A DNA stretch of 64,000 nt from Antedon mediterranea (GCF_964355755.1 NC_092673.1:17853648-17917647); one strand, 5' to 3'; shown: positions 26,501-36,374, counted from the first letter of the stretch. Notes: a model not told the origin generated them from the letters alone. Program-made: numbers and translations.

Positions 26501-26974
26501 TCAAGGCCCTGAATCAAGTTGACCCAGATGCATTACGTAATGTTACTGCTTACTATAAATTAACAAAATATAGCTTCTCCAATGTATGGGATGCAGTTCT
26601 CTATCTGGAGATTGATAAACAATTAGTAGATGATTTAGACAAAATAAATCGGTTTGCAGAACGTCTTAGCACAACAGCAAGTAACATACTACTTGGTATG
26701 CATTTCTACTTTGTATTGTATTAAGTTATTTGTAATATTATTGAATCTTTCATTTATAAACAGTTTAAGTAATTATCATATATTATCATATTTATGATGC
26801 TAATCTACTGAATTTATTACAGTGGAAAATATTGTGTTTTATGAATTTATATTTATTTTTCATAATCTTAAAAAAACAATTACAATTTCCACAATAATCA
26901 TGATAACTGTTATACTAAATTTATTGACACTGTTTTTCATTTGTATAGATCTCTCAGAGGATGAGAAGACTTAG
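2581..26974 (+). CDS. Multi-exon Roco-family gene (Roc GTPase - COR - tandem DED-like domains), 5' incomplete. Exons: 2581-2665, 3033-3091, 3281-3401, 4013-4170, 4640-4729, 4829-5008, 5221-5469, 6633-6821, 6958-7140, 7396-7704, 7798-7869, 8503-8719, 12128-12184, 26153-26695, 26949-26974
   Basis: Phase-compatible GT-AG exons join into one frame. Roc motifs: TDG (G2), IWDHGGQMIYHGIH (G3), ALYIVVFDL, PTILIVGTHK (G4), FAIEN. COR motifs: IPLKW, LNFLYDLGEIVY, VLDP, LMIQLGFI, FFVP. The P-loop exon was not found in the window. Confidence 0.85.
5587..5902. mobile_element. MITE-like foldback element in an intron
   Basis: The ~85-bp arm at 5587-5670 (aatgtatagaaactcag...taatcagagg) recurs inverted at ~5800-5902. 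Confidence 0.65.
6120..6514 (-). mobile_element. LINE (L2/CR1-group) 3' remnant
   Basis: HNLNTRSKS...SGKRTFQYRSVKLWN is a typical RT C-terminal motif. AATAAA and a (tatc)n tail follow on the - strand. Confidence 0.75.
9095..9272 (-). mobile_element. End of a non-autonomous Helentron/HINE (DINE-1-like) element
   Basis: Terminal palindrome tacctcc-ttggc-ggaggta next to an (acaa)n(acag)n microsatellite. Confidence 0.6.
9866..9945 (+). mobile_element. Degenerate tRNA-derived (SINE-head-like) sequence
   Basis: A-box-like TGGCTCGGTGG and B-box-like GATCGAGT at tRNA spacing; no intact cloverleaf. Confidence 0.4.
10125..11095. repeat. 88-bp minisatellite, about 9 copies, interrupted by a ~150-bp insert at ~10293-10444
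   Basis: Unit cagtagtagtactatcagaatcattattgataatctatacattgttacaacatgctgctattagctgtgatatcttcattcctcttac; period 88 (10133 to 10221). Confidence 0.95.
11340..11910 (+). mobile_element. Non-LTR retrotransposon 3' remnant
   Basis: ORF tail H..CP.Y...KYILG...YLKQAWQFR, then a 3' UTR ending in (taaa)n. Confidence 0.55.
13503..17121 (+). pseudogene. Chapaev (RAG1-related) DDE transposase pseudogene. Exons: 13503-14327, 14634-14884, 15000-15212, 15301-15521, 15610-15686, 15778-15968, 16799-17121
   Basis: Chapa zinc domain (H-x7-CRICG...DxxxHP..CxxC..W..H..CxxC) and C3HC4 RING (CSIC..CSHHFCMYC..CFAC). Core motifs: WIKFGGDKGGG, FGDYEFLSRMYGL.GPNGRYCCLFC, SPKLHMLEFH, EQGGELIH. There is a phase mismatch at the 15521/15610 junction, and the middle of the core is missing where 16063-16724 sits. 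Confidence 0.88.
16063..16724. mobile_element. Small insertion bounded by ~146-bp direct repeats (16063-16208, 16579-16724); unclassified non-autonomous retroelement-like
   Basis: Repeats caggtctcgggtcc...ctaccttacga look identical by eye and flank a ~370-bp AT-rich interior. No TG..CA ends or TSD were seen. Confidence 0.6.
17436..18222. repeat. Dispersed ~300-bp duplication (17436-17760 and 17921-18222) inside the Chapaev element
   Basis: Shared sequence gattggagc..catccatgtgttctgaaaaa...aagacatgtttggatcag...ataccatttaaacagtatct. Confidence 0.8.
20358..20716 (+). mobile_element. 5'-truncated CR1-type LINE with a 13-bp TSD
   Basis: TRGHNFKIKK...KFFSISAVNDWNSLP; aaggtaaatc-type tail; TSD aaggcctatcctg at 20345-20357 and 20717-20729. 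Confidence 0.9.
20717..25556. repeat. 58-bp satellite, about 83 near-identical copies (a partial first unit lies at 20311-20357)
   Basis: Unit aaggcctatcctgcatgggacacatagtactatactagtttactacagtagtactagc, with only a few recurring variants. Confidence 0.98.
26153..26695 (+). CDS. Exon encoding two tandem death-effector-domain-like units (C-terminus of the Roco gene)
   Basis: Phase-1 exon (ttgcag|AC ... G|gtatg). Unit 1: FQDLKAGLS..LRFLL..GHNLLNTLEDKDFISPTNVNLLLEI. Unit 2: LSPYRKRLFKAL..VWDAVLYLE. Both fit the DED helical pattern. Confidence 0.7.
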
Positions 26975-27217
26975 TCACAGACTTAGCCCAATGATGCAAT
27001 AAACATGGACATTCTATTCATACAAATATTAGACGGCGTTAAAGTGTTGAAAACTGGTACCAGTACAATCTACCTGTTAACTCTTTTATCTGCAAATTGA
27101 GTAGTGATTTGGTTGCGATGTAATGTTAACATGTCATACCTCAATGTACAAAAGCGTAGATGTTTAGAAATTAAAACACACTAGTTATCCAAAAAAAAAT
27201 ATCTGTCCCCTTATAAT

Positions 27218-27660
27218 AAATCAACTATTTGGCACTCTCAAACGTGTCCCTGTCCCTTTAATAGGGTTAAATCAACTTTTTGGCACTCTCAAACGTGTAC
27301 CTGTCCTTTTAATGGGATTAAATCAACCATTTGGCACTCTCAAACGTGTCCCTGTCCCTTTAATAGGATTAAATCAACCATTTGGCACTCTCAAACCTGT
27401 CCCTGTCCCTTTAATAGGATTAAATCAACCACTTGGCACTCTCAAACGTGTCCCTGTCCCTTTAAAAGAGGTGTCCCCTGATTAGGAGTTGGCTGTAGTG
27501 TTAAAACATATATTTCCCCTCGTTTTATGAGAAAGTGTCCCCTGAATGGGGGTGTACTAAAGAAGGGGTTTACTCCAGTAGTAAAGAGGAGGGGTGTGTC
27601 CCCTGAATAAAGGTGTCCTAAAGAAGGGGTTTACTCCAGTAGTAAAGAGAGTTCTACTGT
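27218..27660. repeat. 51-bp tandem repeat (about 5 copies) within a MITE-like remnant downstream of the Roco stop codon
   Basis: Unit aaatcaaccatttggcactctcaaacgtgtccctgtccctttaataggatt, then gtgtcccctgaat repeats and a TIR-like end gagagttctactgt. Confidence 0.8.
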
Positions 27661-27964
27661 TGAAAGATTTATTATAAGATTTCAGCGTACTAAACGGTAC
27701 ATGAATGTTAGCAACAAAAAAAAGAGGACAAAACAAAATAACGATACTGGAATATTACAAAAAATAACAGTAGGCCTACAAAACTCAAAAAATCATGTTA
27801 CCCAAAAATATACATGGGTGGGTATAAAACATTGCTACTGTTCCTGCAGGCATTACCTATATTTAGAGATAAGACCATTTTAACTGTTTTTATATTTTGT
27901 TGTGCATTTATATTAAAATCTCTATGTTGAAATTACAGGCAAAAATCAAACGACCAACATACTT

Positions 27965-28215
27965 TTAAAAAAAAATAAGTAATTGGTTTAAGGTAGAAGA
28001 ATATGTGCTACCCTCAATGCCATAAACGAATAATGGATTAATAAATGAATTGTAGATTATAATTAGCATGTCTTGAGGAACAAAATATCTCAACTTAAAT
28101 AATATGCCTATTTTTTTTATTACATTTTGTAATAAACTATGAATATTATTTTTCCATGAAAGAAATTGATCAAACAAGCCTATCTACTTCATTTATTACA
28201 TTCTCTCCAATATAC
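27965..28215 (-). mobile_element. LINE RT remnant
   Basis: FDQFLSWKNNI...KIGILFKLRYFVP..LIIIYNSFINP..YGIE, a typical L2/CR1-group motif. Confidence 0.75.
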
Positions 28216-29606
28216 CCTGATACAATTTTGATAAAGCACGTACATTTTGATATAATGTACGTGCTTTATTATTTAATGTACGTGCTTTATTAAAAATAAA
28301 GAGGCAAAATACCCTGAACTGGAAGTAGTTGGAATGTCTTCCAATTTTTTTTAAACTTGTATACTTCGTTAATTTATTATAAAAACAAAATGGGACAAAA
28401 ACATATGCAAATGAGACCAGGTAAAAGGAAGTAAATAATTAAATCCTTGCACCCTCTAATACTTCCTCTTGCCATACTAGACATAGACACAACTTTGTTG
28501 AATCTCACTGTGCTACTAAACAGCACTTTTCTAGCCCTGTTCCATAGTTGATCCGATTATTAAATGTTTGATGAATGAATTGTTTATAGTGTTAAATTTT
28601 TTTGTACTAAACTATATATTTTTATATGAATGAATTTTATAATGTCAATTTGGTAAATGAAATGTTTTATATTTTGATGTTTTTTCACTTTCAATTAAAT
28701 TTTGTAAATTAAACTCAATTCAGTATTTATGCTGTTAATGTTATGTTTTAATGTTATTCATATTTGTTAATAAATACTAATGAATGAAAAAACATATTTG
28801 TTTGTTTGTAAGGATAGTGTTTTTTGAAGGGGGTGGATTTTAACATCGAGGAGATCATTATATCAAAATGTACGTGCTAGCTATTGTTAAAAATGTATTG
28901 TATATCATAGGAATAATATCCAATCCACCAATCCAGAGAATAATAAAAGTTCTTCGATATTACACTACACAGCGATAATTGTTACGCAGACAAAAATGGT
29001 GATTGCGCCCTCTATAAAAATTAAAGTTTAATCACCCCAACAAACCACTCGCATGTTTAATATCCTTCTTGAAGAATGTCAAACATAAGATTAAGAAGTA
29101 AGTTTTTGTTTGTGTCATTATTATCATACCATATCATATACAAAATTCGTTATACTATATTGTTTTAATAGCAGGTATTTCTTCTTTTAATTTTTTGGAT
29201 CTTATATTCGTATCCTAGACTACGCCTAGGCCTAGGCCTAGTAGGCTAGCTAGCCTAGCTAGGCCTAGGCCTATAGGCCTAGTAGGCCTCATACTCTCTC
29301 TCTAACTAACTAGCTAGGCTAGGCCTAACTAGCCTAGGCCTAGTAGTCTATTGTTATTGGTATTGCTAGGGATTCCCATTGCTAGTAGTTTAGTAGGCCT
29401 AGGCCTACTAGCTGGGGCAGGCCCTACCTCTAGCCTTGCTCTAGCTAACAAAGGCCTAGTAGGCTAGTAGAGTAGTAGGCAGGGAGGGAGTCTCCACAAC
29501 TTGCTGTTAGTTAGGGAACGGACATCAACCCCTGTCTCTGGGGGCTATATACCCTTATCAATACACCAAGCCATCCATCTCGTTGGTCGAATCGGGTTTT
29601 ACTTTG

Positions 29607-29904
29607 TGTTGTGATTTTAGGTCGGTGCTGGAATGGCCTGATAATGAAAGCTACTAGGCTTACCTTAACAGTCCCGCTTGTCCTAAATCACACAAGTATC
29701 CGTAAGCAGTAAATCCAAATATCTTGGTCAATTCCGGTTGTGTCCGTTTCTCCTTGGTTCCTGCTTCGAATAGACCAGCTCGGGCGGCGTCGAGGTCCCA
29801 CGTTAACATTTGCATACCCCCTGTATGCAAATCAAGCTATCGGGGCGACGCCCTCGTTCGGTCGGCGGGGTGGTCTGTTTACCCAGCGGGCGCCGTTCAC
29901 AACA
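29607..29904 (-). repeat. 3' LTR
   Basis: Direct repeat of 36375-36672, preceded on the - strand by a weak PPT (aaacacgggag). Confidence 0.95.
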
Positions 29905-30187
29905 CTCCCGTGTTTGAAAAGCGGGCACCCCGTCCTGGATCCACCTCGGGGGTAAACCGGGTGATTTTCGTACGTGAAAAAATACCCAATACCCGTAGCT
30001 ATGTAGACCGCTTCCAACGATCCCTTCAGGTAGTCACTAGCCGTGGGACATGCCTGTAGCACCGTCCTCCGCTTCCCTAGATACCTGAAAGATATAAATG
30101 AAAATAAATGTAAAACAGAACCATGTTCTTTTGAAACGGAAAACTTCTGGAAAACTGAAAACTTCTGGTTGTGGGTGAGCCAGGGGC

Positions 30188-31867
30188 TCAAAGGAGATCT
30201 CGACCGTTCTTCCATGTCAGATCAGTGACCTGCCTGGGGCTCCGGTCGAGCACCTGTCCCACGGCGACGGCGGTCGCCCACAGCAGATGAGGTGCTCCAA
30301 CTGGGTATCCGGCAGGAGGATAATCCGGTCCGTTGGACCCCATCAGCAATCGCCGATCTTCATTGGTAGCGATGAAACGCAGGCCCTTGCGTTGATCGGC
30401 CGTAAAGCCCGTCACTCGACTGGTCACGCTAAAGTATGTCCTGGGGAAATGTCGAAGGTAGGCGGTGGCTACGGCTTCCGTGGAAGCGTAGTCTGCCAGA
30501 AGCAGATGCTGTTCCTTCGACACACGACTTAGACGCAAGATGTCCAAGACGCGATAGTGGCACTCCTCCCCAGTGACATCGCCTTGAACTCCAGAGACTT
30601 CAAGACACAGGATGCGGTGGTGGCGGCCGTCCAAGCAACGACCCAACACCCTCTTTAGCAGCAGATCTTGTCTCGGCCAATCTGTAGGCGGGGCCGAATG
30701 GTCCAATCCCACTCTCCCGATTACTCGAACATCTCGAGTTCGGGCTAAGGCCAGGAGCCTATCGAATTGGACCGTTGTCGGCGAGTAGCCAGGAGCCACT
30801 CCCAAGCCCACCGCACAGCCGTTCCTCGCCAGTCCACCAATCTCCCGCTCGGTGGGGTAAGTGGTTGGATCGCCAAACAGGGCAATCCCGCCTACCACTT
30901 CCACAGGCTGTGTTCCACTCCTCACCCGCACCGCTCGCTCCACGTCCCAGAGGTCCGCTCGTCTGGAAAGCTGCAGGTCCCTCTGCAACCGGTCCAGGTG
31001 AAAACAAGCATCGAACACTTTGGGTGCCGAACCAAGCGAAGCCGATGTACCCCGCACAATCGGTGGCGCCGCCACTGATCTACCATCCTTCGGCGCCGGG
31101 GCATCGCGCTTGGTCGGTCGCTCTCCATGTTCTCCCTCTGCCGCCCTTCTCTTTGTCGACTTTTTGGCGATCTGGTCCACTGCCGGCTCCTCCTCCTCAG
31201 CCCGACGACCACACTCCTTCACCAACTCCTCACCAAAAGAGGCGATGAGAGCGATCACACAGCGCCAGTGTATGAGAGCCGACGGGTGACTGATAACCGG
31301 AGCTATCGTGAGAGGCGGGGGCCTCTTTCCCCCAATCACCCGTGTCAGCATAAGGATGGCACTACGAGTTTTCCTATCCGGAGGTAGGACATCAGTGCCA
31401 TCCCCCATAAGGTGCTGGGCGTTCAGGAGACATCTCAGGTCCTCTGGTGTTCTGCCTTTACCAAGGCCCTCCGCTGCCAAACTGGTGAGTGCCCGCCACT
31501 GCACTCGTGCCCTCCGCCAAGAACTCCGTTCCAGTGGCCGGAAACATGCCGGGGCATGCGTCTTCGTGACGTGGACCCGTATGTTGCTCACTGGACCACA
31601 TCCCAGATGGCATTTTAGTTTCCGCTCGGCTGGGGTGCTCGCCACCGGGCAAGCCCCTCTCGTATCCCCAGCCGCTGCCTCTTCTTTCGGGGTCATCAGA
31701 TGGCAGATTGGTTTCCCCTTGGCTGGGGTGCTCGCCGCCGGGCAAGCCCCTCCCGTATTCCCAGCCACCGTCAGTTCCTCCTGTACCCCCGGACTAGCCA
31801 AGAGCACATCCTCCTCCATCTCGGAAATCTCCGTATCACTTCCGTCAGCAAACGGTAACTGATCCAT
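30188..31867 (-). CDS. 559-aa TatD-like (amidohydrolase TIM-barrel) protein with a C2H2-like N-terminal region and substituted metal ligands
   Basis: Motifs are co-linear with TatD: FDACFHLD, GVAP, IGRVGLD, QDLLL, YFSVT, LLMGSNGPD, PHLL..TA. A splice acceptor (cttctcttcttcctcag|atATG) sits just before the start codon. Confidence 0.8.
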   Translation of the reverse strand: MDQLPFADGSDTEISEMEEDVLLASPGVQEELTVAGNTGGACPAASTPAKGKPICHLMTPKEEAAAGDTRGACPVASTPAERKLKCHLGCGPVSNIRVHVTKTHAPACFRPLERSSWRRARVQWRALTSLAAEGLGKGRTPEDLRCLLNAQHLMGDGTDVLPPDRKTRSAILMLTRVIGGKRPPPLTIAPVISHPSALIHWRCVIALIASFGEELVKECGRRAEEEEPAVDQIAKKSTKRRAAEGEHGERPTKRDAPAPKDGRSVAAPPIVRGTSASLGSAPKVFDACFHLDRLQRDLQLSRRADLWDVERAVRVRSGTQPVEVVGGIALFGDPTTYPTEREIGGLARNGCAVGLGVAPGYSPTTVQFDRLLALARTRDVRVIGRVGLDHSAPPTDWPRQDLLLKRVLGRCLDGRHHRILCLEVSGVQGDVTGEECHYRVLDILRLSRVSKEQHLLLADYASTEAVATAYLRHFPRTYFSVTSRVTGFTADQRKGLRFIATNEDRRLLMGSNGPDYPPAGYPVGAPHLLWATAVAVGQVLDRSPRQVTDLTWKNGRDLL

Positions 31868-31900
31868 ATCTGAGGAAGAAGAGAAGGTAAACGTGAGTAC

Positions 31901-32161
31901 TTAATTGTTAACTGAGGACTTGCAGTCCGCACATCGATATAAGTCAATGTCCCAGGCCTCAGATAGTGCAATATTCACACATGCACCGTGGTACCACACC
32001 TCGCAATAGTCACATTGTATCATAAACGAGCCGGCCCAGGGCTGGCGACATAGACAATACAACGGTCCTGCATCCGGATCTGTAGGTGAAGAAAGAGGAG
32101 GTAAATTAAAATCAGCCAGCTTGTCATGATTTAAAACCACCGTCTTATTTCTCAGCTGCAC
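31901..32161 (-). CDS. PHD finger exon
   Basis: YCLCRQP..FMIQCDYCEVWYHGACV..YRCADC is a C4HC3 finger; it begins at a phase-0 acceptor (cttgttttttcag|GTG). Confidence 0.88.
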   Translation of the reverse strand: MQLRNKTVVLNHDKLADFNLPPLSSPTDPDAGPLYCLCRQPWAGSFMIQCDYCEVWYHGACVNIALSEAWDIDLYRCADCKSSVNN

Positions 32162-32694
32162 CTGAAAAAAACAAGAACTAATAACCAGCCTATCCTGGTG
32201 GGGTCAACCCTGCATTTCAACCAGCTGATTTACATGCAAATGAGCAAACTGGACAGGATATTCAAGCGTGAGACCCCTTTCACAACACACCTCCCCATTC
32301 TAAAAGGGAAGCATTCCACCTTTCTCACACTAGCTTGAATACACCGGGGAAACTCCCTGAAATGTGGGTTCTGTACGTCTTCTTCTACATCATCATGGTA
32401 AGTGTGAAGATCAGGAGGCATACTGATGTACAGATATCAGCTCCTGCATCACTATACCTACCATCTGCAGCAACTTCCAAGATCAACCTGAGTTCAACAA
32501 ATGTACATCACATTGCCACGAGCAAAAGTAATGCAACCATTTGGCAGGTTGATATTGATGTGAGTTAAGTTGAGGTTTCCAGTAGAAACGAGTCAACTCA
32601 ACTGCTCCGTCGTCATGGGCACAATTCCAGTTTGATTCCGTCAAGATTCTTGTAGACTACACTCAGAAAGCGCAGTCAGAAGTGACAGCATCCA

Positions 32695-35148
32695 TTAAGT
32701 TTCACCTCCTGGATCCCACGGAATCGTCCCAGCTAGCTTGGGGTCTACTCTCTCAGCCCTGCTGTGTAGAACCCCAGGTCTAGTCGGGGTGAGTAGCCAA
32801 GAATGTAACCGTTGAGAGCTACGGGCTTGCTTTCTGATAGGAAAGGAAGATGTCACCGTAAACTCTGTACCTGAAAGACAAAGCATACTTACCTTGTGTT
32901 CAGGGGGTACTTCAGTTACCATTCTAACCTGGGGTTGGTCTGTCAATCCGGTAGTAACCTCCACTGTGGTCGACCCCACATCTTTCGCAGCCGGTTTACA
33001 ACTAGCCCGATCAGATCCAGTTGTGACCGAAGTCACTGGAGTGTTACAGACTCCAATACTGGCAGATCGGATATCAGCAACAGAAAGAGCGGATATCACA
33101 GTTTGTCTTTCTTTCGGAACGGTAGGTAATCTCCGTCTTCGTCGAGGTAGTTCAGGCTTATCTACCAGATTGGTAGGTAGTTGCGGCCGTCGTCTGTGTT
33201 GTTCTGGAGTTTGTGGACTCCATGTTGGTTCAGGCCACTCTACCGGAATGGTGGGTAGTTGCCGTCGTCTACGTGGTTCTCTGGTACCATCGGGCTTAGT
33301 TTTGCCTGGCTTCTCCCCTGTATTAACCACTGGGAAATTAGGCACTGGTACCTTAATCCTCTCTTCTAGGTCTTCAACAAGGGTGGCTAAACATGATTCA
33401 ACCACTGTGAAGTCAAGAGCTGTGGTGTGTGCTGTATGTGTCCTTTCCTGACCCGAAATGCTAGCCGACCATGAGTCAACCACTGGGAAATCCAGATTAG
33501 CACGGGCAGATTTTGACACTGATTCTTGACTTTTCTTCTTTCTTGTTAATTCACTTGTTGGTGTGACAAGGTTAGGCATTTCACCAGTGGGTAAAATGCA
33601 CCCTCGTTTTGTGGTCTCTAGTTGCTCCATGGTAATACACGGGCCTGCTACAGGAAGCATGTCCGATGTTGGTGAAGAGTAAGATGCCAAAAGTTGGAGT
33701 TCATCGGATGTGCCAGGAAGTCTGTTTTTACCTTGCCGCCCTGCAGCCTTCACCATGGTAACAGATTTCCCATTGGGCACGTCTTCTTCTCCAATTAATG
33801 ATTCCGCTTTCAGCCTACTCAAGATTTCAGAAGCTTGATAATGGTTTTCGGCTTCATCTTCGTGTGAGGATATGTGATGATGGGTTGAGCTACAGAGAGT
33901 ATAAGTCATAGACCTAGTACGGGGCATCAAATCATTTCTGACTTTGCTCCCATGCTCTCTGTACAACCCTTTGCGACGATAGCCAAACCTCCTATATTTT
34001 TCAAGAGCTTCGGTGATAGTAGCACAATGTTTCCGTGAAACATACTCACCAGCCTCCTTGTCGTGACACCCAGTGCAGAACCATTCCACCTGTAGCTTTT
34101 GCACTCTAGATCTAGGTAGATCACTACAGGCTTTCGCGGTTACAGTCATGACTCTACGTCCCCATTTTTCTATAGTTTCGTGTCGTTCCTGTTTCAGAGA
34201 CCGCTCACCGTCTCCGAAACGTACACTGAGGACATCCATCATCTCTTTGAAGTCTAATGTTGGCTCCATCCTTAAAAGATTGGTTAAGAACTTCGCCGCA
34301 GGTCCCTCCATACACCAAAAAAGGGCATTTTTACTATCCCCGGTGGTAAGGTTCTGCGCCTTTGCGAAAGATCTGAACCGTTTCTTAAAAGGATACCAGT
34401 CATCATCCCAGCCATTAAAAGTTAGAGACGTGGGAATGTCTTTTTGTCTCAATAGTTTTTGTGATCGTTGGGAATGCCTATGCGAGTGTCGTCTTTTAGA
34501 TTGAGCACTCGTAGAATATTTGCCATAAGCCCTATCCTGATCACTATCTTCGTCACTTGTACAACTCTCATCATTACTAGAGCTGGAGTCCATAAGACTA
34601 GAGCTACTAGAAGAGTCACTGAAACAATCCTCTGTCAGTAATCTACAAAGCTTAGACACAGATCTAGTTTTTGAGGTTTTACTACCTTTAGTGCAATGGT
34701 GACCCCGTACATTAAGACTAGAGTCTAAAGCTAACAGTTCAGATATTGGTTGACATTCTGCTTTGGTTGCATACCTATAGTGAGTATTCCTACAACCTGA
34801 ATCTGTCTTTTCTCTGTGGTCAGAACTAGGTTGGTTGGTACTGGTGTGTCTCCATGAGAAACTACCACCAGGTAAATCACCGGAATAAGTTCCAAATGGA
34901 ACTTGTGCTGCATGGAACAGCTGAGGAGTGCTAGTGTTCTGAACCCAACTACTCACTAATTGAGGATTCGGTGTGAAATCCCAGCGAGTCGTTTTGGATG
35001 ACGAGCACTTGATTCCAGTTAAATATTCTAAGTCACAGGCTCTAATATTTCCAAATTTGGACCTCCAATCAGTAATTTTCCTAGCTCTCTTTCCTAGTAG
35101 ATGGACGAGATCCGGCTCTGTCCAGAAATTTATTGCAACATGAGGCAT
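32695..35148 (-). CDS. 817-aa Gag-like protein (N-terminal HhH-like segment, capsid-like core, low-complexity tail)
   Basis: Gypsy gag pattern: LTFNG..W..FKKRF..FA..LFWCMEGPAAKF..LSVRFG..KQERHETIEKW..RV..WFCTGCHDKEAG. First ORF after the PBS. Confidence 0.8.
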   Translation of the reverse strand: MPHVAINFWTEPDLVHLLGKRARKITDWRSKFGNIRACDLEYLTGIKCSSSKTTRWDFTPNPQLVSSWVQNTSTPQLFHAAQVPFGTYSGDLPGGSFSWRHTSTNQPSSDHREKTDSGCRNTHYRYATKAECQPISELLALDSSLNVRGHHCTKGSKTSKTRSVSKLCRLLTEDCFSDSSSSSSLMDSSSSNDESCTSDEDSDQDRAYGKYSTSAQSKRRHSHRHSQRSQKLLRQKDIPTSLTFNGWDDDWYPFKKRFRSFAKAQNLTTGDSKNALFWCMEGPAAKFLTNLLRMEPTLDFKEMMDVLSVRFGDGERSLKQERHETIEKWGRRVMTVTAKACSDLPRSRVQKLQVEWFCTGCHDKEAGEYVSRKHCATITEALEKYRRFGYRRKGLYREHGSKVRNDLMPRTRSMTYTLCSSTHHHISSHEDEAENHYQASEILSRLKAESLIGEEDVPNGKSVTMVKAAGRQGKNRLPGTSDELQLLASYSSPTSDMLPVAGPCITMEQLETTKRGCILPTGEMPNLVTPTSELTRKKKSQESVSKSARANLDFPVVDSWSASISGQERTHTAHTTALDFTVVESCLATLVEDLEERIKVPVPNFPVVNTGEKPGKTKPDGTREPRRRRQLPTIPVEWPEPTWSPQTPEQHRRRPQLPTNLVDKPELPRRRRRLPTVPKERQTVISALSVADIRSASIGVCNTPVTSVTTGSDRASCKPAAKDVGSTTVEVTTGLTDQPQVRMVTEVPPEHKVSMLCLSGTEFTVTSSFPIRKQARSSQRLHSWLLTPTRPGVLHSRAERVDPKLAGTIPWDPGGET

Positions 35149-36359
35149 TCTTTAAAACATACGATACACTTAAAAGTAGAAAAGTATTGCCAGAGGTCAA
35201 AGACTTTCATTAAAATGTATCTAAATGTATGTTTTGCCACTAGTACTTAACCGGTTTAAGATGAATACTGTGTATAAACTAGGAATGTAAAATGTCATAA
35301 AATACCAATGCCTGTAATATTAAAATGGGCATAAAACTATTAAAACATTTGTGATACATTCACCAATTGCACAGCATTCAAATGATGACGATACTTCAAA
35401 TCCAGATCCCGGCAATGCTCAACGAACACTGATCACCAGACCACTCCCCTCCACAGAAAGGCAGTGATAATCAGCGTGTGAAGTTGAAGTCGCAAATCAC
35501 GTGAACAGTCTTCAAGCTTTCCAGAAGAAAGCAGACTGGCACGGAATAAAAGTTGTAGTAACACTTTACGATCTTCAATGTGGTAAAACTAGCTGCAGTG
35601 TGAGATAACAGATGTTATTTAGCATAGAGTACGATACAAATTAAAATACCGCCAGACGTAATAAAAATTACAGGCCCAACAATAGAATAAAATATCGTCA
35701 ATGCAGTAACACACACACAATATTGCAAAATGGTTGTTGGAGATGCAAATATAATAAAATATTTCACCAGCAAACCTGCAATAAGAAACAACTAGATTAT
35801 TCAAAAAGACGTCAATACAGTTTAACAACACTTACCACTAAACCTTCCCCCGATGCAAAGAAAGGAGAGCGATAATGCCACTGTGAGGTTAACACAATAT
35901 AATACGCACAGCCAGTATAATTTCTCAAGATGAAAAACCTGACTGACGGACGAAAAAGATGTTATCAATAAAAAACAATCAAATTTAAAATTAGTGGTGC
36001 CACTCAGTTCAACGGCCACGCCTAGTATCCCACCAGGTGATACGGCCTAGTAAACTGCCCACTAATCCTTCAACTATAGCAAAAAAAGTACAACTCCCGG
36101 TACGCATCGACTAACCCCGTCGATACGCTAATCAGCAAGTATCCAAATGCCACAACACTGCGTGATTAACTTTACCGGTATGTCGTAATCTTCAATAAAT
36201 ATACCAACTTCAATAAACTAACAAATGCACCGTAAGTACAATAAGTTAATAGTTTCAGCAGAGGACGAAATACCTCGCAATCAACCCGATCACGTTAAGA
36301 ATGCCAGCTGGCAATCAAGGCACCCGCCTCCCCACCAAAAAAAAAGATTTCCGAGCTTT

Positions 36360-36373
36360 TGCTCGCAGCGCCA
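36360..36373 (-). promoter_or_regulatory. Primer-binding site, probably tRNA-Ser
   Basis: TGGCGCTGCGAGCA starts 1 nt inside the 5' LTR boundary and is complementary to a ...UGCUCGCAGCGCCA tRNA 3' end. Confidence 0.75.
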
Positions 36374-36374
36374 A

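Noticed and set aside
30287-31862. Overlapping + strand ORFs opposite the TatD-like gene
   Set aside because: Expected shadow frames in GC-rich coding DNA; no motifs.
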